Shown: positions 1-11,208 of the stretch, piece after piece | How positions within the stretch are numbered: position 1 is the stretch's first letter | Layout of the letters: each line of letters starts with the position of its first letter | Assembly (NCBI RefSeq): GCF_006345805.1 | Contig: NW_021833453.1 | Location: forward strand, 1 to 64,000 | Length of the DNA: 64,000 nt | Direction of reading: 5' to 3' | From: Octopus sinensis | Lineage: Eukaryota | Position numbers and translations under genes: made by a program | Notes under the pieces: generated by a model | Database searches by the model: none | Seen by the model: the letters and a program-made list of their open reading frames with translations, nothing else | Told to the model about the DNA's origin: nothing

Positions 1-39
1 ATGTTTTTTTATGTTTTGATACAGGTAATACGCTTCCTC

Positions 40-141
40 TAACTCACACCAAATCTTGTAGACAAAAGATCTTGCAACTTTCAGAAAACAAGAAATTTCT
101 AAATCACCATGTTTAGCCTCCAAAGCCACCATCACAGCTTG
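40..141 (-). mobile_element. Short N-terminal fragment of a second Tc1/mariner-like transposase (HTH region)
   Basis: Minus strand reads AVMVALEAKHGDLEISCFLKVARSFVYKIWCELE. This resembles the N-terminal HTH of invertebrate Tc1-like transposases (recalled pattern, not searched). Confidence 0.5.
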
Positions 142-637
142 CCATGATTGTTTTCGATTGATCTTATTGTAGACAATCCATTTTTCATCACCTGTGATGA
201 TTTGTTTCAAAAACAGGTCGATTTCATTGTGTTTTAAATACATATCGCAAATGTTGATTCATTGTGTTGAGTGAATCTCATTCAATTTCTGTGGAACCCA
301 AATGTCAAGCTTCTTAACAAGTCCGAGACATTTTAAATGATTTTCAATTGTTATGTATGATACATTTAACCTCTCTGCAATCTCTCACACAGTTATATGG
401 CAATTAAATTAAATTATAGCTTTGATACGGTCATCATCAACTTCTGTAGGTTGACCAAAACATTGGTTACCTTTGAGTGAAAAATCTCCAGAATGGAATT
501 TTTAAAACCATTTCTGACATCTGCATTCTGTTAAGCAATCAACACCATAAACTTCACATATCTCTTTGTGAACCTCAGCAACTTTCTTGCCTTTACCAAA
601 ATAATAAGAAAGCAAAATATGTCAAAAATGTTCATTA
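142..637 (-). pseudogene. Decayed mariner transposase, N-terminal half
   Basis: Minus strand reads NEHF*HILLSYYFGKGKKVAEVHKEICEVYGVDCLTECRCQKWF*KFHSGDFSLKG...EVDDDRIKAII...ITV*EIAERLNVSYITIENHLKCLGLVKKLDIWVPQKL...FLKQIITGDEKWIVYNKINRKQSW. It contains the mariner WVPHEL-like and ITGDEKW motifs and in-frame stops. Confidence 0.92.
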
Positions 638-1975
638 TCATCATCATTCAACATCCACTCTCCATGCTGGCATCGTTTAGACCGTTTGACTGGAACTGAT
701 GAGCTGGAGAGCTGCACCAAGTTCCAGTCTGATTTGGCTTGGTTTCTACTGTTGGATGCCCTTCCCAACATGAGCCACTCCAGGAGTGTAATGGATACTT
801 TTACGTGCAACCATGACTACAATTCATGGGTGCCGTTTGCATGGCACCAGTAACGAAAACTCACAGGTGCCATTTACATGGCACTGCCAATGAGAACGAT
901 TCCTGGATACCAATTTTCAGGACTTAATCAATGACCATGACTATGATACACAGATGCCATGAATGACCATGACCTCAATGCATTGGGTGTTATTTACATG
1001 GCACTAGCATGGCCACAACTATGATTTTATTTCGCCTGACGAGTCCTCTTACACACAGCATATTGCCAGAGGTCTCAGTCACTTGTCATCATCTCCATGA
1101 AGCCCAACATTTGAAGACCATGCTTCACCACCTCATTCCATGTCTTCCTGGTCTACCTCTTCCACAGGTTCCCTTCACAGTTAGAGATTGGCACTTCTTT
1201 ACACAGTTGTCCTCATCCAGATGCATCATATGACCATATAAATGCAGTTGTCTCCCTTGCACATCACATCTGATGCCTCTTATGCCCAGCTTTTCTCTCA
1301 AGATGCTTACACTCTGTCATACATGCACACTGACTTTGCACATCCAGCAAAGCATACTCTGCTTCATTTCTTTCAAGATTACACATGTCCTTGGTAGTCA
1401 TAGCCTGTGTTTTACTGCCATGTAGCACAACTGTTCAAACACAGACATCATACAGTCTGCCTTTCACTCTGAGGGAGAGGCCCTTTGGTACCAACAGAGA
1501 TAGGAACACTCTGAACTTTGCCCATCCTATTGTTATTCTTACAGCTATACTCTCGGAGCATCCACCTCCACTTACCTGCCTGGCATTTGATGGCATCTAT
1601 TTTCTGTGCATTTGTGGTGTTTATTGTACCCGTACACCTTACACACACAAAAACTATTTTCCAAGTTAACTTCCTCTGATATTGCTGCACCTCTTATGTA
1701 TCTATAGCTCACACTGGGTACATCTTATTGAGTTTCTACCTATGCCTTTTCTACAGATTGAGCAGGGCTATCTACCTTAGGGGATTTGTGATTTGTCTGC
1801 TTTCTGGTGAGAATGTAGTCAATCTGGCTTTATAGGTTATCAAGTGACTTGCTGGCTTTCTGATGTTGCAGATCATTAGGTCATTTGTGTGACAGAATTT
1901 CAGCAGCTTTATATACTTCTCATTTTGGGAACCAATTCCATGTCCCTCATGCACCCCATGGAGGATATCTGGGTG
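638..1975 (-). mobile_element. Old degraded RTE-clade LINE with internal deletion
   Basis: (CAT)n tail and 3'UTR at 638-900. The ORF C-terminus and PHD region at ~1030-1800 match the other RTE copies. The endonuclease-end peptide KLLKFCHTNDLMICNIRKPASHLITYK lies at ~1830-1920. Confidence 0.85.
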
Positions 1976-2073
1976 CCGCTTATGTGTGTGTATATATATA
2001 TATATATTGGTAAAAACGGTAAGATAACAAAAGAAAGAAAGAGACCTCAATATTATGTAAATAGAGGAAATTT

Positions 2074-2283
2074 ATCTGTAAAATAATATGTGACAATTAT
2101 TCAATAGCCAAGATAAAACTCTGAGTTTCGGATGCAGAGGTGGAAATCCACACCACCATCTCTTCGGTTATCTGGAGATGGCCAGATAACCGAAGAGATG
2201 GTGGTGTGGATTTCCACCTCGGCATCCGAAACTCAGAGTTTTATCTTGGCTACCGAATAATTGTCACATATTATTTTACAGAT
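2074..2283. repeat. Palindrome 1 (102-bp arms, 6-nt loop); probable inverted Penelope pLTR remnant
   Basis: Arms 2074-2175 and 2182-2283 are reverse complements with 3 mismatches seen. The element is flanked by (TA)n. Confidence 0.95.
2184..2246 (+). ncRNA. Variant type I hammerhead ribozyme (mirror copy on - strand at 2111-2173)
   Basis: Stem I AGAUAA/UUAUCU; core CCGAAGA (U4C variant); stem II GAUG/CAUC plus GUGGA/UCCAC with one extra C; GAAA at 2228-2231; self-complementary stem III ACUC-A-GAGU; GUU triplet at 2238-2240. Confidence 0.55.
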
Positions 2284-2284
2284 A

Positions 2285-3077
2285 TATATATATACACACA
2301 CACACACACACGCGTGTGCGCAAACATGGCTACATGGTTAAGAATCTTGCTTCCTAAACATGTGGTCTTATCTAGGGTTCAGTCCCACTGTGCAGCACCT
2401 TGAGCAAGTATCTCTTATTATAGCTAAACCCTTGTGAATGGATTTGATATATGGAAACTGAAAGTAGCCTGCTGTATATATGTATGTATTTGTGTATGTG
2501 ACATCATGTGATGGTTGTGAACCAACGTCTATAAAACATATGCCTGGCCATGGGTAAACATCATGCTAGAAAACAAGTGAGTGTTGATAACAGGAAAGGT
2601 ATCGAGCCATAGAAAATCTGCCCCAACAAATTCTGTCTAACCAATGCAAGCATGGAAAAGTGGACATTAAATGACAATGAAGATGCTAATGATGGGATAA
2701 ATATATATATATTATCATCGTGTCATTGTCATTTAATGTCCACTTTCCATGCTGGCATGGGTTGGATGGTTTGACTGGAACTGGTAAGCTGGAGAGCTGT
2801 ACCAGGCTCCAGTTTGGTTTTGACTTGGCTTCTATGCCCTTCCTAACATCCAACCACTCCAAGCAGGATAATGTTTACTCATGGCCAGGCATGAAAAATA
2901 TCACACATATATACAGCAGGCTTCTATCAGTTTCCATACATCAAATCCACTCACAAGGGTTTGGCTATAGCAGGGGACACTTGCTCAAGGTGCTACTCAG
3001 TGAGACTGAACACTAGACAAGACCACATGTTTGGGAAGCAAGCCTCTTAAACATATAGCCATGTTTGTTTGTGTGTG

Positions 3078-3108
<31 letters not shown>

Positions 3109-3865
3109 GCGTGTGCGCAAACATGGCTACATGGTTAAGAATCTTGCTTCCTAAACGTGTGGTCTTATCTAGGGTTCAGTCCCACTGTGCAGCACCTTGA
3201 GCAAGTATCTCTTATTATAGCTAAACCCTTGTGAATGGATTTGATATATGGAAACTGAAAGTAGCCTGCTGTATATATGTATGTATTTGTGTATGTGACA
3301 TCATGTGATGGTTGTGAACCAACGTCTATAAAACATATGCCTGGCCATGGGTAAACATCATGCTAGAAAACAAGTGAGTGTTGATAACAGGAAAGGTATC
3401 GAGCCATAGAAAATCTGCCCCAACAAATTCTGTCTAACCAATGCAAGCATGGAAAAGTGGACATTAAATGACAATGAAGATGCTAATGATGGGATAAATA
3501 TATATATATTATCATCGTGTCATTGTCATTTAATGTCCACTTTCCATGCTGGCATGGGTTGGATGGTTTGACTGGAACTGGTAAGCTGGAGAGCTGTACC
3601 AGGCTCCAGTTTGGTTTTGACTTGGCTTCTATGCCCTTCCTAACATCCAACCACTCCAAGCAGGATAATGTTTACTCATGGCCAGGCATGAAAAATATCA
3701 CACATATATACAGCAGGCTTCTATCAGTTTCCATACAGCAAATCCACTCACAAGGGTTTGGCTATAGCAGGGGACACTTGCTCAAGGTGCTACTCAGTGA
3801 GACTGAACACTAGACAAGACCACATGTTTGGAAGCAAGCCTCTTAAACATATAGCCATGTTTGTT

Positions 3866-3878
<13 letters not shown>
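2285..3878 (+). repeat. Near-identical 797-bp tandem duplication
   Basis: Identical 98-aa ORFs except one residue at 2720 and 3517 (offset 797). Boundaries lie in (TA)n(CA)n tracts. Confidence 0.95.
2325..2694 (+). mobile_element. tRNA-derived SINE with RTE-type 3' tail (duplicate at 3122-3491; minus-strand heads at ~2915-3065 and ~3712-3860)
   Basis: B-box-like GGGTTCAGTCCC followed by CCTTGAGCAAGT. The tail GCAAGCATGGAAAAGTGGACATTAAATGA resembles the RTE 3' end at 6380-6423. Confidence 0.75.
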
Positions 3879-3906
<28 letters not shown>

Positions 3907-3985
3907 ATAATATTAGGGAATATATCCAAATTTACAGGGAAAAAAAATCAGATTTAGGATTAAATCCAATTTTATAGTAAAATAT

Positions 3986-4289
3986 TATAAAATATTATTT
4001 GAGACAAAACCACTATTTTGCAAAACAAACAAGGAAAGACTTAATCAATACATAAAATTAATAAATAGTCAAAAAAACCGCCACTACAATCGTTCTTGTC
4101 TTGATCGACAATCTTCAGGTGGACTTCCAATAATTCAGTTGTAACTGAATTATTGGAAGTCCACCTGAAGATTGTCGATCAAGACAAGAAACGATTGTAG
4201 TGGCGGTTTTTTTGACTATTTATTAAATTTTATGTATTGATTAAGTCTTTCCTTGTTTGTTTTGCAAAATAGTGGTTTTGTCTCAAATA

Positions 4290-4299
<10 letters not shown>
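3986..4299. repeat. Palindrome 2 (~155-bp arms, 2-nt loop); probable inverted Penelope pLTR remnant
   Basis: Arms 3986-4140 and 4143-4299 are reverse complements with small indels. The element is flanked by (TA)n. Confidence 0.95.
4161..4203 (+). ncRNA. Type I hammerhead ribozyme (mirror copy on - strand at 4081-4122 lacks one A of GAAA)
   Basis: CCAC-CUGAAGA-UUGUC(GAUCAA)GACAA-GAAA-C(GAUU)G-UA^GUGG: complete core, 4-bp stem I, 5-bp stem II, short quasi-palindromic stem III, GUA cleavage triplet. Confidence 0.85.
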
Positions 4300-4320
<21 letters not shown>

Positions 4321-6423
4321 TTGGTAGATAAAGCAATTAAGAGTATGAAGACAGCGAAAGCCCCAGGCCCATCAGGAACCACTGCAGAGATGCTCAAAAT
4401 ATCTGGTCATGTCGGCTATAGCCTGGTCACCCTATTGTTAACCAGGTGATACACGAAGGCGTCAGACCCAATGACTGGTGTAGCAGCATAATAGTCAACT
4501 GCTACAAAGGAAAAGGTGACGCTTTAGATACAAATAATTACAGAGGTATCAAGTTGTTAGATCAGGTAATGAAAGTTACGGAGAGGGTCATAGCCCAACT
4601 AATTAGGAAGAGAGTCAGTATAGATGAGATGCAGTTTGGTTTCGTGCCAGGGAAAAGTACCACTGATGCTATATTCCTGGTAAGACAGCTGCTGGAGAAA
4701 TACCTAACCAAAGATAAGCTCCTGTACCTGGCTTTCGTTGACATGGAGAAAACCTTTGATAGGGTCTCCCGATCCCTTAGCTGGTGGTCAATGAGGAAAC
4801 TAGGGATAAGATGAATCGTTAGTGAGAGCTATGCGAGCCATGTATAGGGATGCTGTCAGTAAGGTGAGGATTGGCATTGAATACAGTGAAGAATTCCAGG
4901 TAGAGGTAGGGGTCCACCAAGGTTCAGTACTCAGCCCCCTCCTATTTATCATAGACCTCCAGGCAATAACAGAGGAATTCAAGACAGGCTGCCCATGGGA
5001 GCTACTCTATGCTGACGACCTTGCTCTAATTGCTGTGTCATTATCAGAACTAGAGAAGTTTCAGGTGTGGAAGCAAGGATTAGCGATCGAAGGGCCTTAG
5101 AGTCAACCTAGCTAAAACAAAAGTCCTAATAAGTAGGAAGGCAGACAAACCACAAATCCCTTCAGGTAGATAGCCCTGCTCGATCTGTAGGAAATGTGTA
5201 GGTAGAAATTCTATAAGATGTACCCAGTGTAAGCTATGGATACATAAGAGGTGCAGCAATATCAAAGGAAGGCTAGCTAGGAAGATAATTTTGTATATGG
5301 CAGATGCTCAGGAGCAATAAACACTGAAAATGTGCAGGGAACATCTGCCAGATTCCAGAGAGAAAAACTAGAAGTAGTTGATAGCTTCCGTTACCTAGGT
5401 GACCAAGTCAGTAACTGGAGTAGCTGTTAGAATAAGAATAACCTGGGCTAAGTTCAGAGAGCTCCTACCTCTGCTGGTGACAAAAGGCCTCTTGCTCAGA
5501 GTAAAAGATAGACTGTATGACGCATGTGTACAAACAGCCATGATACATGGCAGTGAAACATGGCTGTGACTGCTGAGGATATGCGTAAGCTCGCAAGGAA
5601 TGAAGCCAGTATGCTCTGATGGATGTGTAACGTCAGTGTTCATACTCGACAGAGTGTAAGTACCTTGAGAGAAAAGTTGAACCTAAGAAGCATTAGATGT
5701 AGTGTGCAAGAGAGACGACTATGTTGGTATGGTCATGTGGTGTGAAAGGATGAGGACAGCTGTGTGAAAAAGTGTCACGAGGGAACCTGTGGAAGAGGTA
5801 GACCCAGGAAAACCTGGGATGAGGTATTGAAGCACGACCTTCGAACATTAGGCCTCAGTGAGGCAATGACTAGTGACCGAGGCCTTTGGAAATATGCTGT
5901 GCTTGAGAACACCCGGCAGGACAAGTGAGTCCATAACCCGTAGCCTATGCCAGTAGTGTAACCAGCCCACTTAGGCGTACCTTTCTTTCATTGGACACTA
6001 AACTCTGCTTGCGAAGACCTGTTGAGACAAGTGAAATCAAAATCAAATTCAATGACAGCATCATCCAAGTGTGATCATTACCAGCGTTGCCTTACTGGCA
6101 TTTGTGCTGGTGGTACGTGAAAACAACATTTGAGCGAGGACGTTGCCTGTGCCTTTCGACTGGCTCCTGCGCAGGTGACACGTAAAAAACATGATTTGAA
6201 CATGGCCATTGCCAGTACCGCCTGACTGGCCCTTGTGCCGGTGGCATGTAAAAGCATCCACTACACTCACGGAGTGGTTGGCCTTAGGAAGGGCATCCAG
6301 CTGTAGAAACTCTGCCAGATCAGATTGGAGCCTGGAGCAGCCATCTGGCTCACCAGTTCCCAGTCAAACTGTCCAACCCATGACAGCATGGAAAGCAGAC
6401 ATTAAACGATGATGATGATGATG
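4321..6423 (+). mobile_element. 5'-truncated RTE-clade LINE (RT, PHD finger, C-terminus, 3'UTR, (GAT)n tail), disrupted
   Basis: ORFs 4446-4814 and 4822-5100 encode RT (QFGFVPGKSTTDAIF, VHQGSVLSPLLF, LLYADDL). The ORF stop is at ~5928 and the tail ends ...attaaacgatgatgatgatg. Confidence 0.95.
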
Positions 6424-6684
6424 ATATATATAAAGTGGGAAATTCATGGCAGAGTATTAGTACAGAAGCGAAAAATTATGTGACATGGAATTCAACTCTA
6501 AGCGTCCTACACTCTGCATTGGGAGGTTAAAGGCAGGAAAAATATACATATATTGATAACTGAATGTTTATAATTGATGGTGCTATGGACACTGGACTTG
6601 TGACTGCTGAAGAAGTGCAGTGATTGTTGTATTGTTGACACAGAAACTTCATGTTCTGTATGTGAGTGTCCATAACTCTATTAT

Positions 6685-6717
<33 letters not shown>

Positions 6718-9700
6718 CATCATCGTCATCGTTTAATGTCCGTTCTCCATGCTAGCATGGGTTGGACGGTTTGAACGGGATCTGGGAAGCCCGAAGGCTG
6801 CACCAGGTTCCAGTCTGATCTGGCAGTGTTTCTGCAGCTGGATGTCCTTCCTAACACCAACCATTCCGTGAGTGTAGTGGGTGCTTTTTACGTGCTACCG
6901 GCACAGCTGCCAGGCGAGGCTGGCAATGGCCACAATCGGATTGGTGCTTTTTATGTGCCACCGGCACAAAAGCCAGTCAAGGCGGCACTGGCATCGGCCA
7001 CGTTTGAATGGTGCTTTTTACGTGCCACCGGCACAGGGATCACAACTACAATTTCCATTGATTTTTGATGCTGGTGTACTTGACTCAATAGGTCTCTTCA
7101 AGCACAGGGTCAAAACGGTGTTTCTTTACTTGCCACCTGCACAGGAGTCAGTCCAGCGGTACTGGCAAGTGCTGGGTACCAATCATAGGATTGGTTCAAT
7201 TTCGATTTCGATTTCGATTCCGATTTCACTTGCCCCAACAGATCTTCACAAGCAGAGTTTAGTGTCCAATGAAGGGAGGTTGGCATGGGTGCCAGTCGTC
7301 GGATGAGGTTCGATTTCGAATTCAATTTCGACTTCACTTGCCTCAACAGGTCTTCGCATGTCCAAGGAAGGAAAGGCATGCACAAATGAGCTGGCAAGGG
7401 ACACAGGATGGACTCACTTGTCCTGCTGGATCTTCTCACGCACAGCATATTTCCAAATGTCTTGGTCACTAGTCATTGCCTCACTGAGGCCTAATGTTTG
7501 AAGGTCGTGCTTCACCACCTCGTCCCAGGTTTTCCTGGGTCTACCTCTTCCACAAGTTCCCTCAACTACTAGGGATTGGCACTTTCTCACACACCTATCT
7601 TCATCCATTCTCGCCACATGACCATACCAGCGCAAACGTCTCTCTTGCACACCACAACTGATGCTTCTTAGGTCCAACTTTTCTCTCAAGGTACTTACAC
7701 TCTGTCGAGTATGAACACTGATATTACACCTCCATCGGAGCATACTTGCTTCATTCCTCATGAGCTTACGCATATCCTCAGCAGTCACGGCCCATGTTTC
7801 ACTGCCATGTAGCATGGCTGTTCATACACATGCGTCATACAGTCTATCTTTTACTCTGAGCGAGAGGCCTTTTGTCACCAGCAGAGGTAAGAGCTCTCTG
7901 AACTTTGCCCGGGCTATTCTTACTCTAGCAGTTACACTTTTAACACACCCGCCCCCGCTACTGACTTGGTCACCTAGGTAACGGAAGCTATCAACAATTT
8001 ATAGTTTTTCTCCCTGGAATGTGGCGGAAGTTGGTCTCTGTGCATTTTCAGTGTTTATTGTTCCTGAGCATCTGCCACATACAAAAACTATCTTCCTAGT
8101 TAGCCTTCCTTTGACATTGCTGCACCTCTTATGTGTCCATAGCTTACACTTGGTGCATCTTATAGAGTTTCTACTTATGCCTTTTCTACAGATCGAGCAG
8201 GGCCATCTACCTGAAGGCGTTTGTGGTTTGTCTACCTTCCTACTTATTAGGACTTTTGTTTTAGCTAGGTTGACTCTAAGGCCCTTCGATTCTAATCCTT
8301 GCTTCCACACCTGAAACTTCTCTTCCAGTGCTGATAGCGACTCAGCAATTAGAGCAAGGTCGTCAGCATAGAGGAGCTCCCAGGGGCATCCTGTCTTGCA
8401 TTCCTCTGTTATTGCCTGGAGGACTATGATAAATAGGAGGGGGCTGAGGATTGAACCTTGGTGGACTCTTACCTCTACCCGGAATTCTTTAGTATACTCG
8501 TTGCCAATCCTCACCTTACTAACCACATCCCTGTACATGGCTTTCACAGCTCTCACTAATCATTCATCTATCCCTAGTTTCCTCATTGACCACCAGATAA
8601 GGGATTGGGGGACTCTGTCAAAGGCTTTCTCCATGTCAACGAAAGCCAGGTACAGGAGCTTATCTTTGGTTAGGTATTTCTCCTGCAGCTGTCTTACCAG
8701 GAATATAGCATCAGTGGTACTTTTCCCTGGCACGAAACCAAACTGCATCTCATCTAAACTGACTCTCTCTCTAATCAGTTGGGCTATGACCCTCTCCGTA
8801 ACCTTCATTACCTGATCCAACAGCTTGATACCTCTGTAATTATTTGTATCTAAAGTGTCACCTTTACCTTTGTAGCAGTTGACTATTATGCTGCTACACC
8901 AGTCATTGGGTCTGACTCCTTCGTGTATCACCTGGTTAACTATACTGGTGACTAGGCTATAGCCGACACTACTAGATATTTTAAGCATCTCTGCAGTAAT
9001 TCCTGGTGGGCCTGGGGCTTTCCTTGTCTACATGCTTCTAATTGCCTTAACTACTATGGAACTGTCAACTTGGATAGCTGGTCCCTCTCTTTATCCCATT
9101 CATTTTCTTTATTCAGCAACCTTTCATTGTGGTGTCTCCAAACCTCTCTCTTTGCATCCTCATTTAGCGCAAGTGAACCATCATCCATGCGAACACATTT
9201 CTCTCCTACCACATCACGATTCTCTCTCACACACTGTCTTGCAACACGAAATACCTCAAGTCTTTCATCCTCACGGTGCAGGACATTGGCAAATTTTTCC
9301 TTATCTGGCTAAATAAACCTGTCTCCTAGCTTCCCTTTTGGCTGTCTGATACAATTCCCTGCTACCTCCGTTCTTCCAGTCCTTCCAAGCCTGTTTCTAT
9401 TGTCTAATAGCCCTGTCAACCACATTGTTCCACCACCACGTTACCTTGGGTCGAGAGGGGACTTTGCACCAGCCACAGATCTGGTCAGTGGCTCTCAGCA
9501 GGTTGTCCCGTAGAAACCTCCAATTGTCTTCCACATTATGTGATGCTATATCCCCTTCTATTTCATCGAGGGCTTCGAGTAATACGTTTCTAAATCTCTG
9601 CTCATTTGCAGGATCTTTAAGTCTCCAGACCCTTCTCCTCCAGGCTGGTCTTCTTCTGGGCATCCATTCAGCCCCGTTCCTGAAGTCACTAACTACTAAT

Positions 9701-9993
9701 CTATGTTGAGTGGTACATTCTTCGCCTGGGAAGGTTTTGGCATTTATAAGCAGCCCTCTTTCCCTTTTTCTGGCAAGGATATAGTCAATTTGGCTGGTGT
9801 GTCTGCTAGAACGATAGGTGACTAGGTGACAGGCAGGTTCCTGAAGTTGGTATTGCAAACCATAAGGTCATTTGCATCGCAGAACTCCAGCAGTCCGGTT
9901 CCCTCCTCATTGCGGAAGCCCCCTGCACGTTGTCCAACATGTCCATTGAAATCACCAGCCACAAAGAGAAGGTCTCTGTCGTTCATCAACGAC
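6718..9993 (-). mobile_element. ~3.3-kb RTE-clade LINE copy (end of APE endonuclease, RT, PHD finger, 3'UTR), frameshifted
   Basis: ORFs 9397-9858 (SQIDYIL, GEECTTQHRLVVSD), 8560-8988, 7999-8556 (YADD) and 7414-7815. A (CAT)n tail is at 6718 and the 5' end is truncated into (TA)n. Confidence 0.96.
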
Positions 9994-10013
9994 ATATATA
10001 TATATATATATCG

Positions 10014-10046
<33 letters not shown>

Positions 10047-10084
10047 ATATACTTTATTTTAAGCAGCAAAAAATTCAACAAAAT

Positions 10085-10122
10085 CTGTTACTCTGAGTTT
10101 CTCGTTGCCGTTCATCAGACAG
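10085..10122 (-). ncRNA. Minimal type I hammerhead ribozyme in an ~80-bp insert within (TA)n
   Basis: Minus strand reads CUGU-CUGAUGA-ACG(GCAA)CGA-GAAA-CUCAGAG-UA^ACAG: canonical core, 2-bp stem II with a GNRA loop and an A.A closing mismatch, palindromic stem III, and stem I CUGU/ACAG. Confidence 0.78.
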
Positions 10123-10236
10123 TTTTTGCTAGAATATATATATATATATAGATATATATATATATATCGTCAACAATATATATATATATATATATGATGA
10201 TGATATATATATATATATATTTATATAAATATATAA

Positions 10237-10642
10237 CTAGCAGTATCGCCTGGCGTTGCTCGGGTTTGTAAGGGGAATAACTATATGAGCATATTTAGAG
10301 TATAAATGTAAAGTATAATAGCCATCACAATATGGCTAACCACAAAGGGGGGGGGGGTGTTACTGTAGCTTTTTACATTCTGAGATTTAATAATACATTT
10401 TTAGAGAGTTACTTCCCTTATATAAACTGAGCGAAAATGCATTAAAAATACGGAAAAATTATGGTAAATTTTTTTTTAAATCGTAGACTCATCGTAGACG
10501 CGTACTAATACCCAGAAGGGCTCGATATGAATCACGACTATAAGATACCCGCTTTTGGTTAAACTGCACCGCAAAATGTGGGAGTAGTTAGGAAACTAAA
10601 TCGTAGGAGACAGACACACAACTTGACTTTTATATATAAAGA
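10237..10642 (-). mobile_element. Non-autonomous Helitron-like element (406 bp)
   Basis: The minus strand begins A|TC (10642) and ends CTAG|T (10237). A GC-rich hairpin-forming segment (cccgagcaacgccaggcg) precedes CTAG. No TSD is seen. Confidence 0.7.
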
Positions 10643-11093
10643 TATCTAGTCTAGTTGTCATTGTTATTGTTTCACATATCTTTTTCCATGCTGTCATGGG
10701 TTTGACTGGAACTGATGATCCAAAAGGCTGCACTGAAGTCTAATGTTTGTTTTGGCAAGGTTTCTACAGTTGCATGTTACACTTCACATAGTATACTGGC
10801 TGCTTTTTCTGTGTCACCTGCACTAGTTAGGCTAGAAAGTATTTGCAAGACAAGGCCTCTCAACTCTGTGGGTTATATTACTATGAAAGTATGAGAGACA
10901 GGACAGGTGTCTTGCTGAAGAGGTGACTACATAGTCTCCCCTACTGGGAAGATTTTGTGTGTATATGTGTGTACACATATACATAGGTGCACACACACTA
11001 CCTGAAGGAAGTGCTCCATCATAACTGTAATTCAAAGCCTGGATCCATTACAAGGATAAAGGAATAAGAGAATCTGTCTTTTTAATTTTTCAG

Positions 11094-11208
11094 GTTGCTG
11101 ACTGCTATGATGGAGATGAAGAGACTGACAACAGAATCCATCACATTTTTAATGATGAAAGAGAAAAGCAAATACAGCTACTCCAAAGAAAAACCTATGT
11201 TTAATGTT
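11094..11208 (+). CDS. MAN2A1: Alpha-mannosidase II, first coding exon visible in the window (upstream exons not found)
   Basis: ttttcag|G acceptor and |gtgagt donor. It encodes (R)LLTAMMEMKRLTTESITFLMMKEKSKYSYSKEKPMFNV, which aligns by eye to the MAN2A1 segment after VVVDYGTR. Phase is compatible with the next exon. Confidence 0.8.

Noticed and set aside
696-702. CTGATGA as a hammerhead core
   Set aside because: There is no downstream GAAA or stem I partner. It lies within the RTE 3'UTR.
1-11093. Further upstream MAN2A exons
   Set aside because: No segment encoding the expected FQHHDAITGT/VVxDY region with splice sites was found by eye. A small exon could have been missed.
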